DNA of 64,000 bases, taken from positions 526,709-590,708 of the forward strand of contig CAVYLE010000007.1 of assembly GCA_963769285.1 (NCBI GenBank), read 5' to 3'. Below the pieces are notes generated by a model that was given only the letters and a program-made list of their open reading frames with translations, was not told the origin of the DNA and did not search any database. This document shows positions 37,975 to 47,759 of the stretch, in pieces (the first letter of the stretch is position 1; each line of letters begins with the position of its first letter). The stretch comes from an uncultured Verrucomicrobiae bacterium. Its GTDB lineage: Bacteria > Verrucomicrobiota > Verrucomicrobiia > Limisphaerales > UBA11358. A program made the translations under genes and the position numbers.

Positions 37975-39783
37975 GTGCAGTCGTGGATGAACAGTGGCAT
38001 GGTCACGCGGGCGCGGGATTTTCTTCGCCGCCACTGGCGGCGCGCGCTGCGCTGGCGCGAAAAACTGGTCTTCAATGAAGAAGCGTTCCACCTCGTGCTG
38101 GCCGGGCTCGTCGGCGTCATTGGCGGTCTGGTAAACCTGTTTTTCTTCTACGCGATCCATTTGATTCAGCCGGGCGACCCGGTGGAAGTCGCCGGACGAT
38201 TGAATGATTGGGAACGCGTTCTGGTTCCGACCCTGGGCGGCCTGGCGGCGGGACTGGTTTTGCATTGGGGCTTGCGGTTCGTCGGGCCGCAAGGTTCCAC
38301 CAACCTGCTCGAAGTCGTCGTCGCGGGTGACGGACGGCTGCCGTTTCGCACGGAACTGGTGAAAACAATCTCGGCCATTATCAGCATCGCCACCGGCGCC
38401 TCCATCGGGCGGGAAGGCGGCATCACGCAACTGGCGGCGACGCTGTCGTCGAAGCTCGGCCAGATTGCGAAATGGCCGCCGTACCGGTTGCGGCTGCTGG
38501 TCGGCTGCGGCGCGGCTTCCGGCATCGCGGCGGCCTACAACGCGCCGATTGCGGGCGCCGTGTTTGCATCGCTGATTGTGCTGGGGAATTTTTCGATGAA
38601 CCTCTTTGCACCGCTGGTTTTTTCGTCGGTCATCGCCGCCATGGTGTCGCGCAGTATTTTTGGCATTGAGCCGTGGTATAAAATCCCGCCGTTCCCCGCC
38701 GCCACGCTGTCGCAATTGCCGTGGTTTGTGCTGCTGGGCGTGCTTTGCGGCATGGTGGGCGCGTTGTTTCTGAAATTGCTGCGCCTCGCCGAAAATCAAT
38801 TTCGCAAGTTCAACTGGCCGGTCTATCTCCGGCTGACGCTGGCCGGTTTGATGGTGGGCATCATCGCCATTGGTTTTCCCGGCGTCTGCGGCAATGGCTA
38901 TTCCGTGACCAACGGCATTTTGCACGAAAAATTCCTGACCGAGGCGAACCCGCTCCTGTGGCTGGCTGGATTGCTGGTGGCAAAATGGGTGGCCACGGCG
39001 GCAACGGTCGGCGCCGGCACGGTGGGCGGTGTGTTCACCCCCACCTTGTTCATCGGCGCCAGCGCCGGCGCGCTGTTCGGCACGGCGCTGCATCAATTTG
39101 GGGGTTCAGCGGCGGGCATGCCGGAGGGCGCGTTCGCGCTGGTGGGCATGGGCGCGGTGCTGGCGGCGACCACCCGGTCGCCATTGCTGGCCATGATTTT
39201 GATTTTTGAATTGTCCCTGGATTACTCGCTGGTCCCGCCGCTGATGCTGGCGTGCGTAGTTTCCATTCTGGTGGCGCGGCAATTGCACGGCGAGTCGGTT
39301 TATACGGAGCATCTGCGCGTCAAGGGCCTGGCGCTCGGCCGGGAAACCAGCCGCCCCGGTGAAACCATGGAACAAACCATCGGCGACCTCATGCGCGCGC
39401 CGGTAACGCCCGTGCGTGAGAACACCCCGCTCCGGGAAATCGCCGACCAGTTTTTGACCAACTCCAATAATTTTCTGCCGGTCGTGAACGCGCAGCAGCG
39501 GTTGCTCGGCGTGGTGGCCTTGCAGGATTTGAAGGAATTTCTGAACCGCGCGCAGGACCTGGACGCGGTCATCGCCTACGACGTGATGCGTCCGCCGCCC
39601 CCATGCCTTACCCCCGGCCAGCGGTTGCTCGAGGCGCTGCCGGTGGTGCTGGAAAGTGAATTGCGCAACGTGCCCGTCGTCAACAGTCTGGCGGAAAACC
39701 GGCTGGTCGGCGCGGTTGACCGGGCGGAACTGCTGGCAATCTTCTCCGAAGCCATCGCCACAAAAAGCGATCCCATGCGGTGA
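37975..39783 (+). CDS. ClC-family chloride channel/antiporter with C-terminal CBS pair
   Basis: GASIGREGGITQLAA and GTVGGVFTPTLFIGA are ClC selectivity motifs. The C-terminal part (about 140 aa) is CBS-like (FLPVVNAQQRLLGVV...). Confidence 0.9.
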   Translation: MQSWMNSGMVTRARDFLRRHWRRALRWREKLVFNEEAFHLVLAGLVGVIGGLVNLFFFYAIHLIQPGDPVEVAGRLNDWERVLVPTLGGLAAGLVLHWGLRFVGPQGSTNLLEVVVAGDGRLPFRTELVKTISAIISIATGASIGREGGITQLAATLSSKLGQIAKWPPYRLRLLVGCGAASGIAAAYNAPIAGAVFASLIVLGNFSMNLFAPLVFSSVIAAMVSRSIFGIEPWYKIPPFPAATLSQLPWFVLLGVLCGMVGALFLKLLRLAENQFRKFNWPVYLRLTLAGLMVGIIAIGFPGVCGNGYSVTNGILHEKFLTEANPLLWLAGLLVAKWVATAATVGAGTVGGVFTPTLFIGASAGALFGTALHQFGGSAAGMPEGAFALVGMGAVLAATTRSPLLAMILIFELSLDYSLVPPLMLACVVSILVARQLHGESVYTEHLRVKGLALGRETSRPGETMEQTIGDLMRAPVTPVRENTPLREIADQFLTNSNNFLPVVNAQQRLLGVVALQDLKEFLNRAQDLDAVIAYDVMRPPPPCLTPGQRLLEALPVVLESELRNVPVVNSLAENRLVGAVDRAELLAIFSEAIATKSDPMR

Positions 39784-39824
39784 AAAGTCTTTTTTGAGAG
39801 CGTTCCGTTTTCTAAGCTGAACGT

Positions 39825-41114
39825 GTGCCTTTCAAAACCGGCGAGCAACTCACCTTGACGATTCAAGACATCGCGTTCGGCGGTGAAGGCGTCGGGCGTA
39901 TGCACCTTCACTCCAACACTGGCGTCGGGGCTTCGGCGGCACCAGCGGGCGATTTCGTCGTGTTCGTGCCGTTTGTGTGCGTCGGTGAAGTCGTCGAGGT
40001 TGAAATCACCGGGGTCAAAAAGAATTTCGCCCGCGCGAAACTTTTGCGCGTCGTGCAACCGTCACCGGAGCGGGTCGAACCGGCGTGCCGCTACTTCGGC
40101 CAATGCGGCGGTTGCCAGTATCAGCACGTTGATTATGCCACGCAGCTTCGATTGAAGCACAAACAAATCGCCGATTTGTTTCAACGCATTGGCGGGTTTG
40201 AGCAGGCACGGGTCGCGCCGGTCATCCCCTGCCCCAGGCCTTACGGCTACCGCAATCGCATCATGATTCGCAGCCAGTGGAACAAACCGGAGCAAAAACT
40301 GAACATCGGTTTTGTGCGCTGGGACTGCGGCCTGGTCGAGGACATCGAGGATTGCAAAATCGCCGAACCGGTGCTCAACGAGGAAATCCGGCGCGTCCGC
40401 GCGCATCCGCCGCCCAAAGGCGGAATCAAAGTCGTTTTGCGCGTGCCGCCGGAAGACTGGGACGTGCCGCCGGACTCGTTTTTCCAAAACAATTTCTCCC
40501 TGCTGCCGAAGCTCGTCGAAACGGTGCGTGATTTTTTGCAAAGCGCCGCAGTTCAAGCTTCAGCCGGTTCCGCCACCTCGCAGCAGCATTCCCCAAAACA
40601 AGCTGAAGCTTGGACTCCAACGCGGCATCTGGTTGACTTGTATTGCGGCGTCGGTTTTTTCGGCATCGAACTGGCGGACGCGGTCGAATCGTTCACCGGC
40701 GTGGAATACGACCAGCGCGCCATCCAGGCGGCGCGGCGCAACGCGGCGGCGCGAAAAATCGGCAACGGCGAGTTTGTGGCGGCGGCGGTGGAGGCGGTTT
40801 TGCCGGAGTTGCTGAAGCGTTTTTCGCCGCAAGCCACAACGGTGCTGCTCGATCCGCCGCGCAAAGGCTGTCTGCCGCAGACGTTGCAACTGCTTCGCGA
40901 GATGAACCCGGCACAGGTGATTTATGTCTCTTGCCATCCGGCGACGATGGCGCGCGACTTGAACATTTTGTGCGGCAATGGTGTCTTTGAACTGGCGTGT
41001 GTGCAGCCATTGGATATGTTTCCACAAACACAACACGTCGAGTGCGTGGCGGATTTGCGCGCTGGCCAAAGCCTTGCCAGGACGCACGGCATGGATTCAA
41101 CTGTACAAACTTAA
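39825..41114 (+). CDS. rlmD: 23S rRNA (uracil-5)-methyltransferase, RlmD/RumA family (TRAM domain plus Fe-S Cys cluster plus SAM methyltransferase)
   Basis: GTG start. Has a TRAM-like N-terminus, CRYFGQCGGCQYQH, DLYCGVGFFGIELA, LLDPPRKG and VSCHPATMARD. It carries a REP-derived in-frame insert (see 40551-40617). Confidence 0.85.
   Translation: MPFKTGEQLTLTIQDIAFGGEGVGRMHLHSNTGVGASAAPAGDFVVFVPFVCVGEVVEVEITGVKKNFARAKLLRVVQPSPERVEPACRYFGQCGGCQYQHVDYATQLRLKHKQIADLFQRIGGFEQARVAPVIPCPRPYGYRNRIMIRSQWNKPEQKLNIGFVRWDCGLVEDIEDCKIAEPVLNEEIRRVRAHPPPKGGIKVVLRVPPEDWDVPPDSFFQNNFSLLPKLVETVRDFLQSAAVQASAGSATSQQHSPKQAEAWTPTRHLVDLYCGVGFFGIELADAVESFTGVEYDQRAIQAARRNAAARKIGNGEFVAAAVEAVLPELLKRFSPQATTVLLDPPRKGCLPQTLQLLREMNPAQVIYVSCHPATMARDLNILCGNGVFELACVQPLDMFPQTQHVECVADLRAGQSLARTHGMDSTVQT
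40551..40617. repeat. REP-type hairpin embedded in the rlmD coding sequence
   Basis: The arms agttcaagcttcagc and gctgaagcttggact match at 14 of 15 complementary positions. This is the same family as the intergenic 45203-45256. Confidence 0.8.
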
Positions 41115-41125
41115 CGACAATCAAA

Positions 41126-44038
41126 ATGCATACTGACCCGCGAAAAAATTTTGCGCCGCGACTTTTGCCCTGGCTTTTGACGGTGGCGGCCTTCGCGTTT
41201 TATTGGTACACATTAAACCGATGGGTGTCGTTGTTCAATCTCAGCCAGGTGGCCACGATTTCGGGGTGGACCTGGCAGCCGGAGATTGCGAGTCCGATTT
41301 TATTCCTCGTTACGCAGCCGTTCCGCTGGCTCCCGGCGCCGCAGATCCCGCTGGCCCTGAATGTGTTTTCCGCCGTATGCGCGGCCTTGACGCTCGGTTT
41401 GCTCGCGCGGTCGGTTGCGCTGCTGCCGCGCGACCGGACCGACGTGCAACGCAAGCGTGAACACAGCGATTTTTCGTTTTTGACCACTGGCAGCGCGTGG
41501 CTGCCGCCGGTTCTGGCCGTGTTGGTTTGCGGTTTGCAAATGACGTTTTGGCAGAACGCAACGAATTTCACGGGCGAGATGTTCGACCTGTTGCTGTTCG
41601 CGTTCGTAATTTGGTCGTTGCTGGAATACCGGCTGGATGAAGCTGAATGGCGTTTGTTTCTGTCCTCGGTCGTGTATGGCGCGGCCATGGCAAATAATTG
41701 GGCGATGGTGGGATTTTTCCCGGCTTTCGCAGCCGCGATAGTGTGGATTCGCGGCTTGAGCTTCTTCCATCTGCGATTTCTCAAAAGAATGATTTTGTGC
41801 GGGCTGCTGGGAATGACGTTTTATCTTTTGATGCCACTGCTGGCCGTGGTTTCGGACAAGATGCCGTTGACTTTCTGGGAAGCACTGAAAATCAGCCTGC
41901 TTCCAACGTATAATGTGCTGAAATTTTATTTCTTTTGCTGCCTCCACCCGTCGCAATATCTTGTATTCCTGGCGTTGTTGCTGGCTTACCTGATGCCGGT
42001 GTTCGTGATGGCAATCCGCTGGAAAGCGTCCTTTGGCGATCACAGCCCCATGGGCATGGCGTTGACGAGTTTCCTGTTTCATCTGGTGTGCGCCACTTTT
42101 TTGGTCTTCTGCATTTGGATGGCATTTGACCCGCCGTTCAGCCCGCGGCATCTCGGTTTTGGAACACCGCTCTTGACACTTTATTATCTCGGGGCATTGA
42201 TTGTCGGTTACTTCAGCGGCTATTTTCTGCTCATTTTTGGCAAAGCCCCCGGCAGCCGTACGCAACCACTCCAGCCGGAACCGTTTCAATTTTTGGATCC
42301 CTTGGTGGTCGTTGTTTTTTGGTTGCTGGTAGTGGCAACCGTAACCGGGCTGATTTACAGAAACACGCCGCAAGTCCGCGCGGCAAACGATGATACATTC
42401 CCAAAATATGCATCGTTCGTGGAAGAGAATTTACCACGTTCGGGCGGCATTTTGTTGAGCGATGATCCGATCCGTTTGTTTCTGGTGGAAGCGGCGTTGG
42501 CGCGGGACGGCCGGGCAAAGGATTTTTTGCCGCTCGACACCCAGTCCTTGAACTGGCCCGCTTATCTCCGGTTCTTGCACAAAAAATTCCCGCAAAAGTG
42601 GCCGGAACTGGTGTCGGCGACCGACATGAAACCGCTCAATCCGATTGGACTCGTCGGCGCCTTGACCATGCTGGCCAAATCCAACGAGCTTTATTACCTG
42701 CATCCGAGCTTCGGCTACTATTTCGAACAATTCTATCAGGAACCGCACGGCCTGGCCTACAAACTAAAAACACTGCCCGGGGACACGCTGTTGCCACCGT
42801 TACCGGACAAAAATCAAATCGCGGAGAACCAGGCATTCTGGGCGCGGGTGGAAACGCAGGCGTTCGCTCCCATTAAACGCGCCGTCGCACCGCCCGACCC
42901 GAATGCGCCGCGCAGTTGGGGCGACCGGTTGCTGGATAGATTTCACGTGCCTCGCGAACAAAATCAAAATGCCATCCTCGCCGGAACCTTTTACTCGCGC
43001 AGCCTGGATTTCTGGGGTGTTCAGTTGCAGCGCGCCGGCAATCTTGCCAACGCCGCCGCGTGTTTCATCATGGCGGAAGAAGTCAATCCCGACAACTTCG
43101 TCGCGCAAATCAATCTCCAGTTCAATCAAAGCCTGCGCGCCGGCAAAAGCGCGCCGCTGGACTTGTCCAAAACCACCAGTGATCAATTTGGCAAATTCCG
43201 GGATTGGAACAGCGCGCTCAATGCCAACGGGCCTTTCGATGAACCGAGTTTTTGTTTTGTGGAGGGCATCAACCTGGCAACGCAAAATGGATACTTTCGC
43301 CAGGCGGTCGCGCCTTTGGCGCGCGTTCAAGAACTCGAACCGGACAATCTGGAAACCCGGCTCACGCTCGGCCAGATTTACGTGATGTCCCGCCTGCCCG
43401 ACCGCGCGCTCGAGGTGTTGCGCGACCCGCTCGAACAGCCGGAAAGATTTTCGCTCGCCAAAACGAATAAAACTCAACTGAACGTCGTCGCCGCCGCCGC
43501 CTGTTTTCAAAATAAAGACTTCGCGCGGGGAACGCATTTGCTCGAAACCGAAATCGTTCTCCATCCCGCCGATGATGATCTGCGCACCGCCATCGTGCAG
43601 GTTTTTCTGATGCATGGCCTGTTCACCAACGCGCTCGACGTGATTGATCGAAAGCTCCGGCTCGTGCCCAACGATCCGGACTGGCTTTTCAGCCAGGGTT
43701 ACACCTGCTTTCAGATGAAAGCTTATGACGACGCGATTGCCGCGCTGACCCGCGCGCTGCAGCAGACGAACAACCTCACCGCCCGCTTCTACCGCGCCGT
43801 GGCCTGCCTCAACAGCGGCCGGCTCGACGAGGCGCGCGCCGATTACAAAACATTGCAGCCATCCTTCACCAACTCCTTTCTGATCGCCTATGGCCTCGGC
43901 GAAATCGCCTGGCGCCAGCACGAAACGAACGAAGCGATTAGAAATTACAAACTTTATCTGGCCAACGCGAACACCAACACCGAGGAAGCCACCAACATCA
44001 TGCAGCGGCTCCGCGAACTTAAGGGCCATTTACCCTGA
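41126..44038 (+). CDS. DUF2723-like polytopic membrane protein (GT-C / TMEM260-like putative glycosyltransferase) with C-terminal TPR repeats
   Basis: Start moved to MHTDPRKNF. There are about 11 transmembrane helices in the first 450 aa or so, then a soluble region ending in TPR-like repeats (AIAALTRALQQTNN..., AIRNYKLYLANAN). Confidence 0.65.
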   Translation: MHTDPRKNFAPRLLPWLLTVAAFAFYWYTLNRWVSLFNLSQVATISGWTWQPEIASPILFLVTQPFRWLPAPQIPLALNVFSAVCAALTLGLLARSVALLPRDRTDVQRKREHSDFSFLTTGSAWLPPVLAVLVCGLQMTFWQNATNFTGEMFDLLLFAFVIWSLLEYRLDEAEWRLFLSSVVYGAAMANNWAMVGFFPAFAAAIVWIRGLSFFHLRFLKRMILCGLLGMTFYLLMPLLAVVSDKMPLTFWEALKISLLPTYNVLKFYFFCCLHPSQYLVFLALLLAYLMPVFVMAIRWKASFGDHSPMGMALTSFLFHLVCATFLVFCIWMAFDPPFSPRHLGFGTPLLTLYYLGALIVGYFSGYFLLIFGKAPGSRTQPLQPEPFQFLDPLVVVVFWLLVVATVTGLIYRNTPQVRAANDDTFPKYASFVEENLPRSGGILLSDDPIRLFLVEAALARDGRAKDFLPLDTQSLNWPAYLRFLHKKFPQKWPELVSATDMKPLNPIGLVGALTMLAKSNELYYLHPSFGYYFEQFYQEPHGLAYKLKTLPGDTLLPPLPDKNQIAENQAFWARVETQAFAPIKRAVAPPDPNAPRSWGDRLLDRFHVPREQNQNAILAGTFYSRSLDFWGVQLQRAGNLANAAACFIMAEEVNPDNFVAQINLQFNQSLRAGKSAPLDLSKTTSDQFGKFRDWNSALNANGPFDEPSFCFVEGINLATQNGYFRQAVAPLARVQELEPDNLETRLTLGQIYVMSRLPDRALEVLRDPLEQPERFSLAKTNKTQLNVVAAAACFQNKDFARGTHLLETEIVLHPADDDLRTAIVQVFLMHGLFTNALDVIDRKLRLVPNDPDWLFSQGYTCFQMKAYDDAIAALTRALQQTNNLTARFYRAVACLNSGRLDEARADYKTLQPSFTNSFLIAYGLGEIAWRQHETNEAIRNYKLYLANANTNTEEATNIMQRLRELKGHLP

Positions 44039-44047
44039 AACGCGCCA

Positions 44048-45244
44048 ATGCGCGTCACCCATATCATCACCCGGCTGATCGTCGGCGGCGCGCAGGAAAA
44101 CACCGTGGCCTCCGTGCTCGGTCTGCGCCAGAAACCCGGCGTCGAGGTTCACCTGATCTCCGGCCCGACCGCCGGCCCGGAAGGGTCGCTGGAACCAGCG
44201 GTCGCCCCGATTCCCGGACTGCTCACCATCGTGCCCGAACTCGTCCGCCCGGTGCATCCGCTGAAAGACTGGCTCGCGCTGCGCCGGCTGGAAAAAATTC
44301 TGCGCGAACAAAAACCCGACATCGTTCACACCCACAGCGGCAAGGCGGGGATTCTGGGCCGCCTCGCGGCCCGGCGCGCGGGCGTGCCGGTGATCATCCA
44401 CCATATTCACGGCCCTTCCTTCGGCCCGTTTCAGGGCGCGCCCGCCAACCGGCTCTTCACCGCCGCCGAACGTCATGCCGCCAAAGTCACCACGCATTTC
44501 GTCTGTTCCGCCCAGGCCATGACGCGACTCTACCTCGCTGCCGGAATCGGACGCCCGGAAATGTTCACGCGCATTTTCAGCGGCTTCCCCGTGGAACCGT
44601 TTTTGAGCGCCGCCAACGACCCGGCGCTCCGCCGCCAGCTCGGCCTCGACGAAACCCATTTTGTCATCGGCAAAATCGCCCGGCTGTTCAAACTCAAGGG
44701 CCACGCCGATTTGCTCGCCGCCTTTCGGAAAATCCTGCCGCAAATTCCGCACGCCCGGCTGCTGCTGGTGGGCGACGGCTCATTGAGAAGTGAAATTGAA
44801 GCTCTGGCCCGCGCGCCGGGGTTCGCCGGCAAGGTCGTCTTCACCGGCCTGGTCCCGCCCGGCGAGGTGCCGCGTTATGTCGGCATCATGGACTGCCTCG
44901 CCCACCTCTCTTCCCGCGAGGCGCTCTCCCGCGCCCTCCCGCAGGCGCTGGCGGCGGGCAAACCGGTGGTAGCCTACGATTTTGACGGCGCGGACGAGGT
45001 TTGCCTTGAGAATGAAACCGGCTTTCTGGTCCGCACCGGAGATGTCGCCACCGTCGCTCAACGGCTGCTGCAGCTTGCCGGCGACGCGCCGTTGCGCGAG
45101 CGGCTCGGCCGGCGCGGCCAGCAATTCATTCGTGAAAATTTTGCCGTCGAACAAATGGTGGATAACCTCTACCATCTCTACCTGAAACTGGCCGCAGCCG
45201 CTGGAGTTCAAGCTTCAGCTTGTGCGCCGCGCGAGACAGGCTGA
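44048..45244 (+). CDS. Glycosyltransferase family 4 (GT-B fold)
   Basis: MRVTHIITRLIVGGAQENT, HTHSGKAGILGR and the E-x7-E-like region GKPVVAYDFDGADEV. The last 15 aa or so and the stop codon are encoded by a REP hairpin. Confidence 0.85.
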   Translation: MRVTHIITRLIVGGAQENTVASVLGLRQKPGVEVHLISGPTAGPEGSLEPAVAPIPGLLTIVPELVRPVHPLKDWLALRRLEKILREQKPDIVHTHSGKAGILGRLAARRAGVPVIIHHIHGPSFGPFQGAPANRLFTAAERHAAKVTTHFVCSAQAMTRLYLAAGIGRPEMFTRIFSGFPVEPFLSAANDPALRRQLGLDETHFVIGKIARLFKLKGHADLLAAFRKILPQIPHARLLLVGDGSLRSEIEALARAPGFAGKVVFTGLVPPGEVPRYVGIMDCLAHLSSREALSRALPQALAAGKPVVAYDFDGADEVCLENETGFLVRTGDVATVAQRLLQLAGDAPLRERLGRRGQQFIRENFAVEQMVDNLYHLYLKLAAAAGVQASACAPRETG

Positions 45245-45256
45245 AGCCTGAACTCC
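45203..45256. repeat. REP-type hairpin overlapping the 3' end of the GT4 gene
   Basis: The arms ggagttcaagcttcagc and gctgaagcctgaactcc are near-perfect reverse complements. The TGA stop at 45242-45244 lies in the second arm. Confidence 0.85.
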
Positions 45257-45260
45257 AACC

Positions 45261-46238
45261 ATGACTTTTCCATTCAATTTTTTTTGTGCCGCCTTTGCCA
45301 GCGCGTTGCTGACAGCACTGCTGGCGCTGCCGTTCTGGCGAAGATGGTGCCTGCACACAAATCTCGTGGACGATCCCGGCCAGCGCAAAATCCACGACGC
45401 GCCCGTGCCGCTCGCCGGCGGCCTCGCCGTGCTCACCGGCCTGTTGCTGCCGCTCGCCGCCGGAGCCCTGATGCTCAAACTCGGAGTGCATGTCGCGGAC
45501 CAAACATTTCCCATCGCCCATGGCCTGGAGCGCCGCGGACTCGAACTGGCCGCGATCGCCCTGGGCGCGATTGCGATGGTCATGCTCGGCGTGCTGGACG
45601 ACAAACATGAACTGAAACCCTTGCCGAAATTCGTCGGCCAGTTGCTGATCGCCGTGCTCGTTGCCGCCGCCTGCAAGCGCATCACGCTCTTTGTCCCCTA
45701 TGTCGCTTTCAGCTACGCCATTACCATTCTGTGGGTGCTCACCGTCGTTAACGCCTTCAATTTCATGGACAACATGAATGGCCTGTGTGCCGGGCTGGGC
45801 GCGATCGGCGCGTGGCAGTTCGCCGTCATCGCGGCGGCGGATGGCGAATACCTGGTAGCGTTGATTGCGTTTCTGGCGTGCGGCGCGCTCGTCGGTTTTT
45901 TGCCCTACAACTTTCCCAATGCGCGCGCGTTCCTCGGCGACGCCGGCAGCCATCTCGTCGGCTATCTGCTCGCCGTGTTGGCGATCCTGCCGCACTTTTA
46001 CACGAAACAAAACCCGCGTCCGCTCGCCGTGCTCTCGCCGTTGTTCGTGCTGGCCATTCCCCTGGCCGACCTCGCGTGGGTCGTCATCCAGCGCACACTG
46101 GCAGGCAAACCATTTTATATCGGCGACACGAATCACCTCTCGCACCGGCTGGTCCGCACCGGCCTGAGCCACACCCGCGCCGTCCTGTTAATCTGGCTCG
46201 CCGCCGCCGCCATCGGTTCCATCGCCTGGTGGCTCTGA
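45261..46238 (+). CDS. MraY/WecA-family polyprenol-phosphate sugar-1-phosphate transferase
   Basis: VDDPGQRKIHDAPVPLAGG, LGVLDDKHELKP and NAFNFMDNMNGL are typical of the WecA/MraY superfamily. Confidence 0.88.
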   Translation: MTFPFNFFCAAFASALLTALLALPFWRRWCLHTNLVDDPGQRKIHDAPVPLAGGLAVLTGLLLPLAAGALMLKLGVHVADQTFPIAHGLERRGLELAAIALGAIAMVMLGVLDDKHELKPLPKFVGQLLIAVLVAAACKRITLFVPYVAFSYAITILWVLTVVNAFNFMDNMNGLCAGLGAIGAWQFAVIAAADGEYLVALIAFLACGALVGFLPYNFPNARAFLGDAGSHLVGYLLAVLAILPHFYTKQNPRPLAVLSPLFVLAIPLADLAWVVIQRTLAGKPFYIGDTNHLSHRLVRTGLSHTRAVLLIWLAAAAIGSIAWWL

Positions 46239-46239
46239 T

Positions 46240-46570
46240 CCAACGCAGGATTAAACCACGGATGGACACGGATTACCCTAACGCGGCCTTTGCCCGCAAC
46301 CATAGATTTTGGACTGCGGCGGGAAGCGAAGCGCCACGCCGCTTTTGGAAGCAACCGGTAGCACGGAAAGCGGTGTCGCCGCTGCGCTCTGCCACCGCAG
46401 TCCAAATTTTTGTCATCCGTGCGTGAAGTTGCAGGATTGTATTACGGATGACTGGAAGTTTTGAGGTTTTCCAAAACAATTTGCCCCACCCGCTGCTAAA
46501 AAGCATATCCGTGTTCATCTGTGTTTATCCGTGGTAGGTTTTATTTCTTTATTCGTGGTCGTTTTCTTTC
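46240..46570. repeat. Intergenic REP cluster
   Basis: Contains aaccacggatggacacggat at 46255 and the 125-nt element at 46298-46423. An inverted ccacggataaacacagatgaacacggat unit lies at about 46500-46540, and cgtgtatttcgtgtatttcgtgg at about 46570-46592. Confidence 0.8.
46298..46423 (+). repeat. About 125-nt imperfect-palindrome element, copy 2
   Basis: Collinear with 3582-3708, with only scattered mismatches. Confidence 0.85.
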
Positions 46571-46606
46571 GTGTATTTCGTGTATTTCGTGGTTAAAATT
46601 CGGCTT

Positions 46607-47407
46607 GTGAAACTGCTCTTCATCGGCGACATCGTGGGACACCCGGGCCGGCGCGCGGTCGCGGAACTGCTTCCCAAACTGCGACAGGAACATCATCTCG
46701 ATTTCGTCATCGCCAACGGCGAAAACTCCGCCGGCGGCTCCGGTATCACGCCCAAGACCGCCGAGGAAATTTTTTCGGCGGGCGTGGACGTCATCACCAC
46801 TGGCGACCATTTGTGGGACCAGAAGGAAGTCATGGAACTGCTTGCAGGCGAAAAACGCTTTCTGCGACCGCTGAATTATCCGCCCGGCACGCCGGGACAA
46901 GGCAGCGGAGTTTTTAAAGTCCACAGTCCGCAGTCCGCAGTCCAAAGCCGGCCTTCAATTGCTGTCTTAAACGTGCAAGGCCGCACGTTCATGCCGCCGC
47001 TGGAAAACCCGTTTCTCCTGGCGCTCGACGAGGTCAAACGCCTGCGCGAGCAGACGAAAATCATCTTCGTGGATATTCATGCCGAGGCGACCTCGGAAAA
47101 AATCGCGTTCGCGCGGATGCTCGACGGCCAGGTGAGCGCGGTGGTGGGCACGCACACGCACGTGCAGACGGCGGACGAACAGATTTTCCCCGGCGGCACG
47201 GCCTATCTGACCGACGCCGGGTTCACCGGCCCGCACGAAAGCGTGCTGGGCCGCGAAATCGAGCCCGTCCTCAAACGTTTTCTCACCAACATGCCGCAGC
47301 GGTTCGAAGTGGCCAAGGACCGCGTGCTGCTCCACGGCGCGGTGATTGAAATTGACGACGCCAGCGGCAAAGCAGTGAAAATTCAGCGCGTGTCGGAAAA
47401 TCTCTAA
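46607..47407 (+). CDS. YmdB-like metallophosphoesterase (TIGR00282 family)
   Basis: The proposed GTG start gives VKLLFIGDIVGHPGRRAV. DFVIANGENSAGGSGIT and VVGTHTHVQTADE are family motifs. The track's earlier start reads through a repeat. Confidence 0.85.
   Translation: MKLLFIGDIVGHPGRRAVAELLPKLRQEHHLDFVIANGENSAGGSGITPKTAEEIFSAGVDVITTGDHLWDQKEVMELLAGEKRFLRPLNYPPGTPGQGSGVFKVHSPQSAVQSRPSIAVLNVQGRTFMPPLENPFLLALDEVKRLREQTKIIFVDIHAEATSEKIAFARMLDGQVSAVVGTHTHVQTADEQIFPGGTAYLTDAGFTGPHESVLGREIEPVLKRFLTNMPQRFEVAKDRVLLHGAVIEIDDASGKAVKIQRVSENL
46918..46943. repeat. Heptanucleotide tandem repeat ((a/g)cagtcc, about 3.7 copies) inside the ymdB-like gene
   Basis: agtcc-acagtcc-gcagtcc-gcagtcc encodes HSPQSAVQS, an apparent insertion before the conserved IAVLNVQGR strand. 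Confidence 0.85.
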
Positions 47408-47420
47408 CTCAAAGCTTCAA

Positions 47421-47753
47421 ATGAAAGCGCATATATTTTTAAGTTGTGGGCAAAATTCCGAAGAACGTCCAATCGCTGAAGCGATTAAAAAAAAGATAGA
47501 AGGGAAAAATGAGGAAGGGAGCGAACTTGGATTTGATTGTTTCGTAGCCTGCGAGGAACAAAATCTGGATGGCCTCCGAGATATTATTTTCCGGCATTTA
47601 GAGGAGTCAGACTGTTTCATCTTCATTGACTTTAAGCGAGAGAGACTAATTGGTGATTCCTTAATCGACCATATCTTCCCACAGTTTCTTCTGAAAAAAA
47701 GATTCTACCGCGGTTCGTTATACGCGAATCAGGAACTTGCGGTGGCCTCTTAA
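47421..47753 (+). CDS. Small TIR-like / Rossmannoid protein, probably a truncated remnant
   Basis: 110 aa and low-GC. HIFLSCGQ...GFDCFVA...IIFRHLEESDCFIFID...YRGSLYANQELAVA resembles predicted nucleotide-binding TIR-like domains. The ORF stops 5 nt before the IS630 insertion site. Confidence 0.35.
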   Translation: MKAHIFLSCGQNSEERPIAEAIKKKIEGKNEEGSELGFDCFVACEEQNLDGLRDIIFRHLEESDCFIFIDFKRERLIGDSLIDHIFPQFLLKKRFYRGSLYANQELAVAS

Positions 47754-47759
47754 CTGCTA

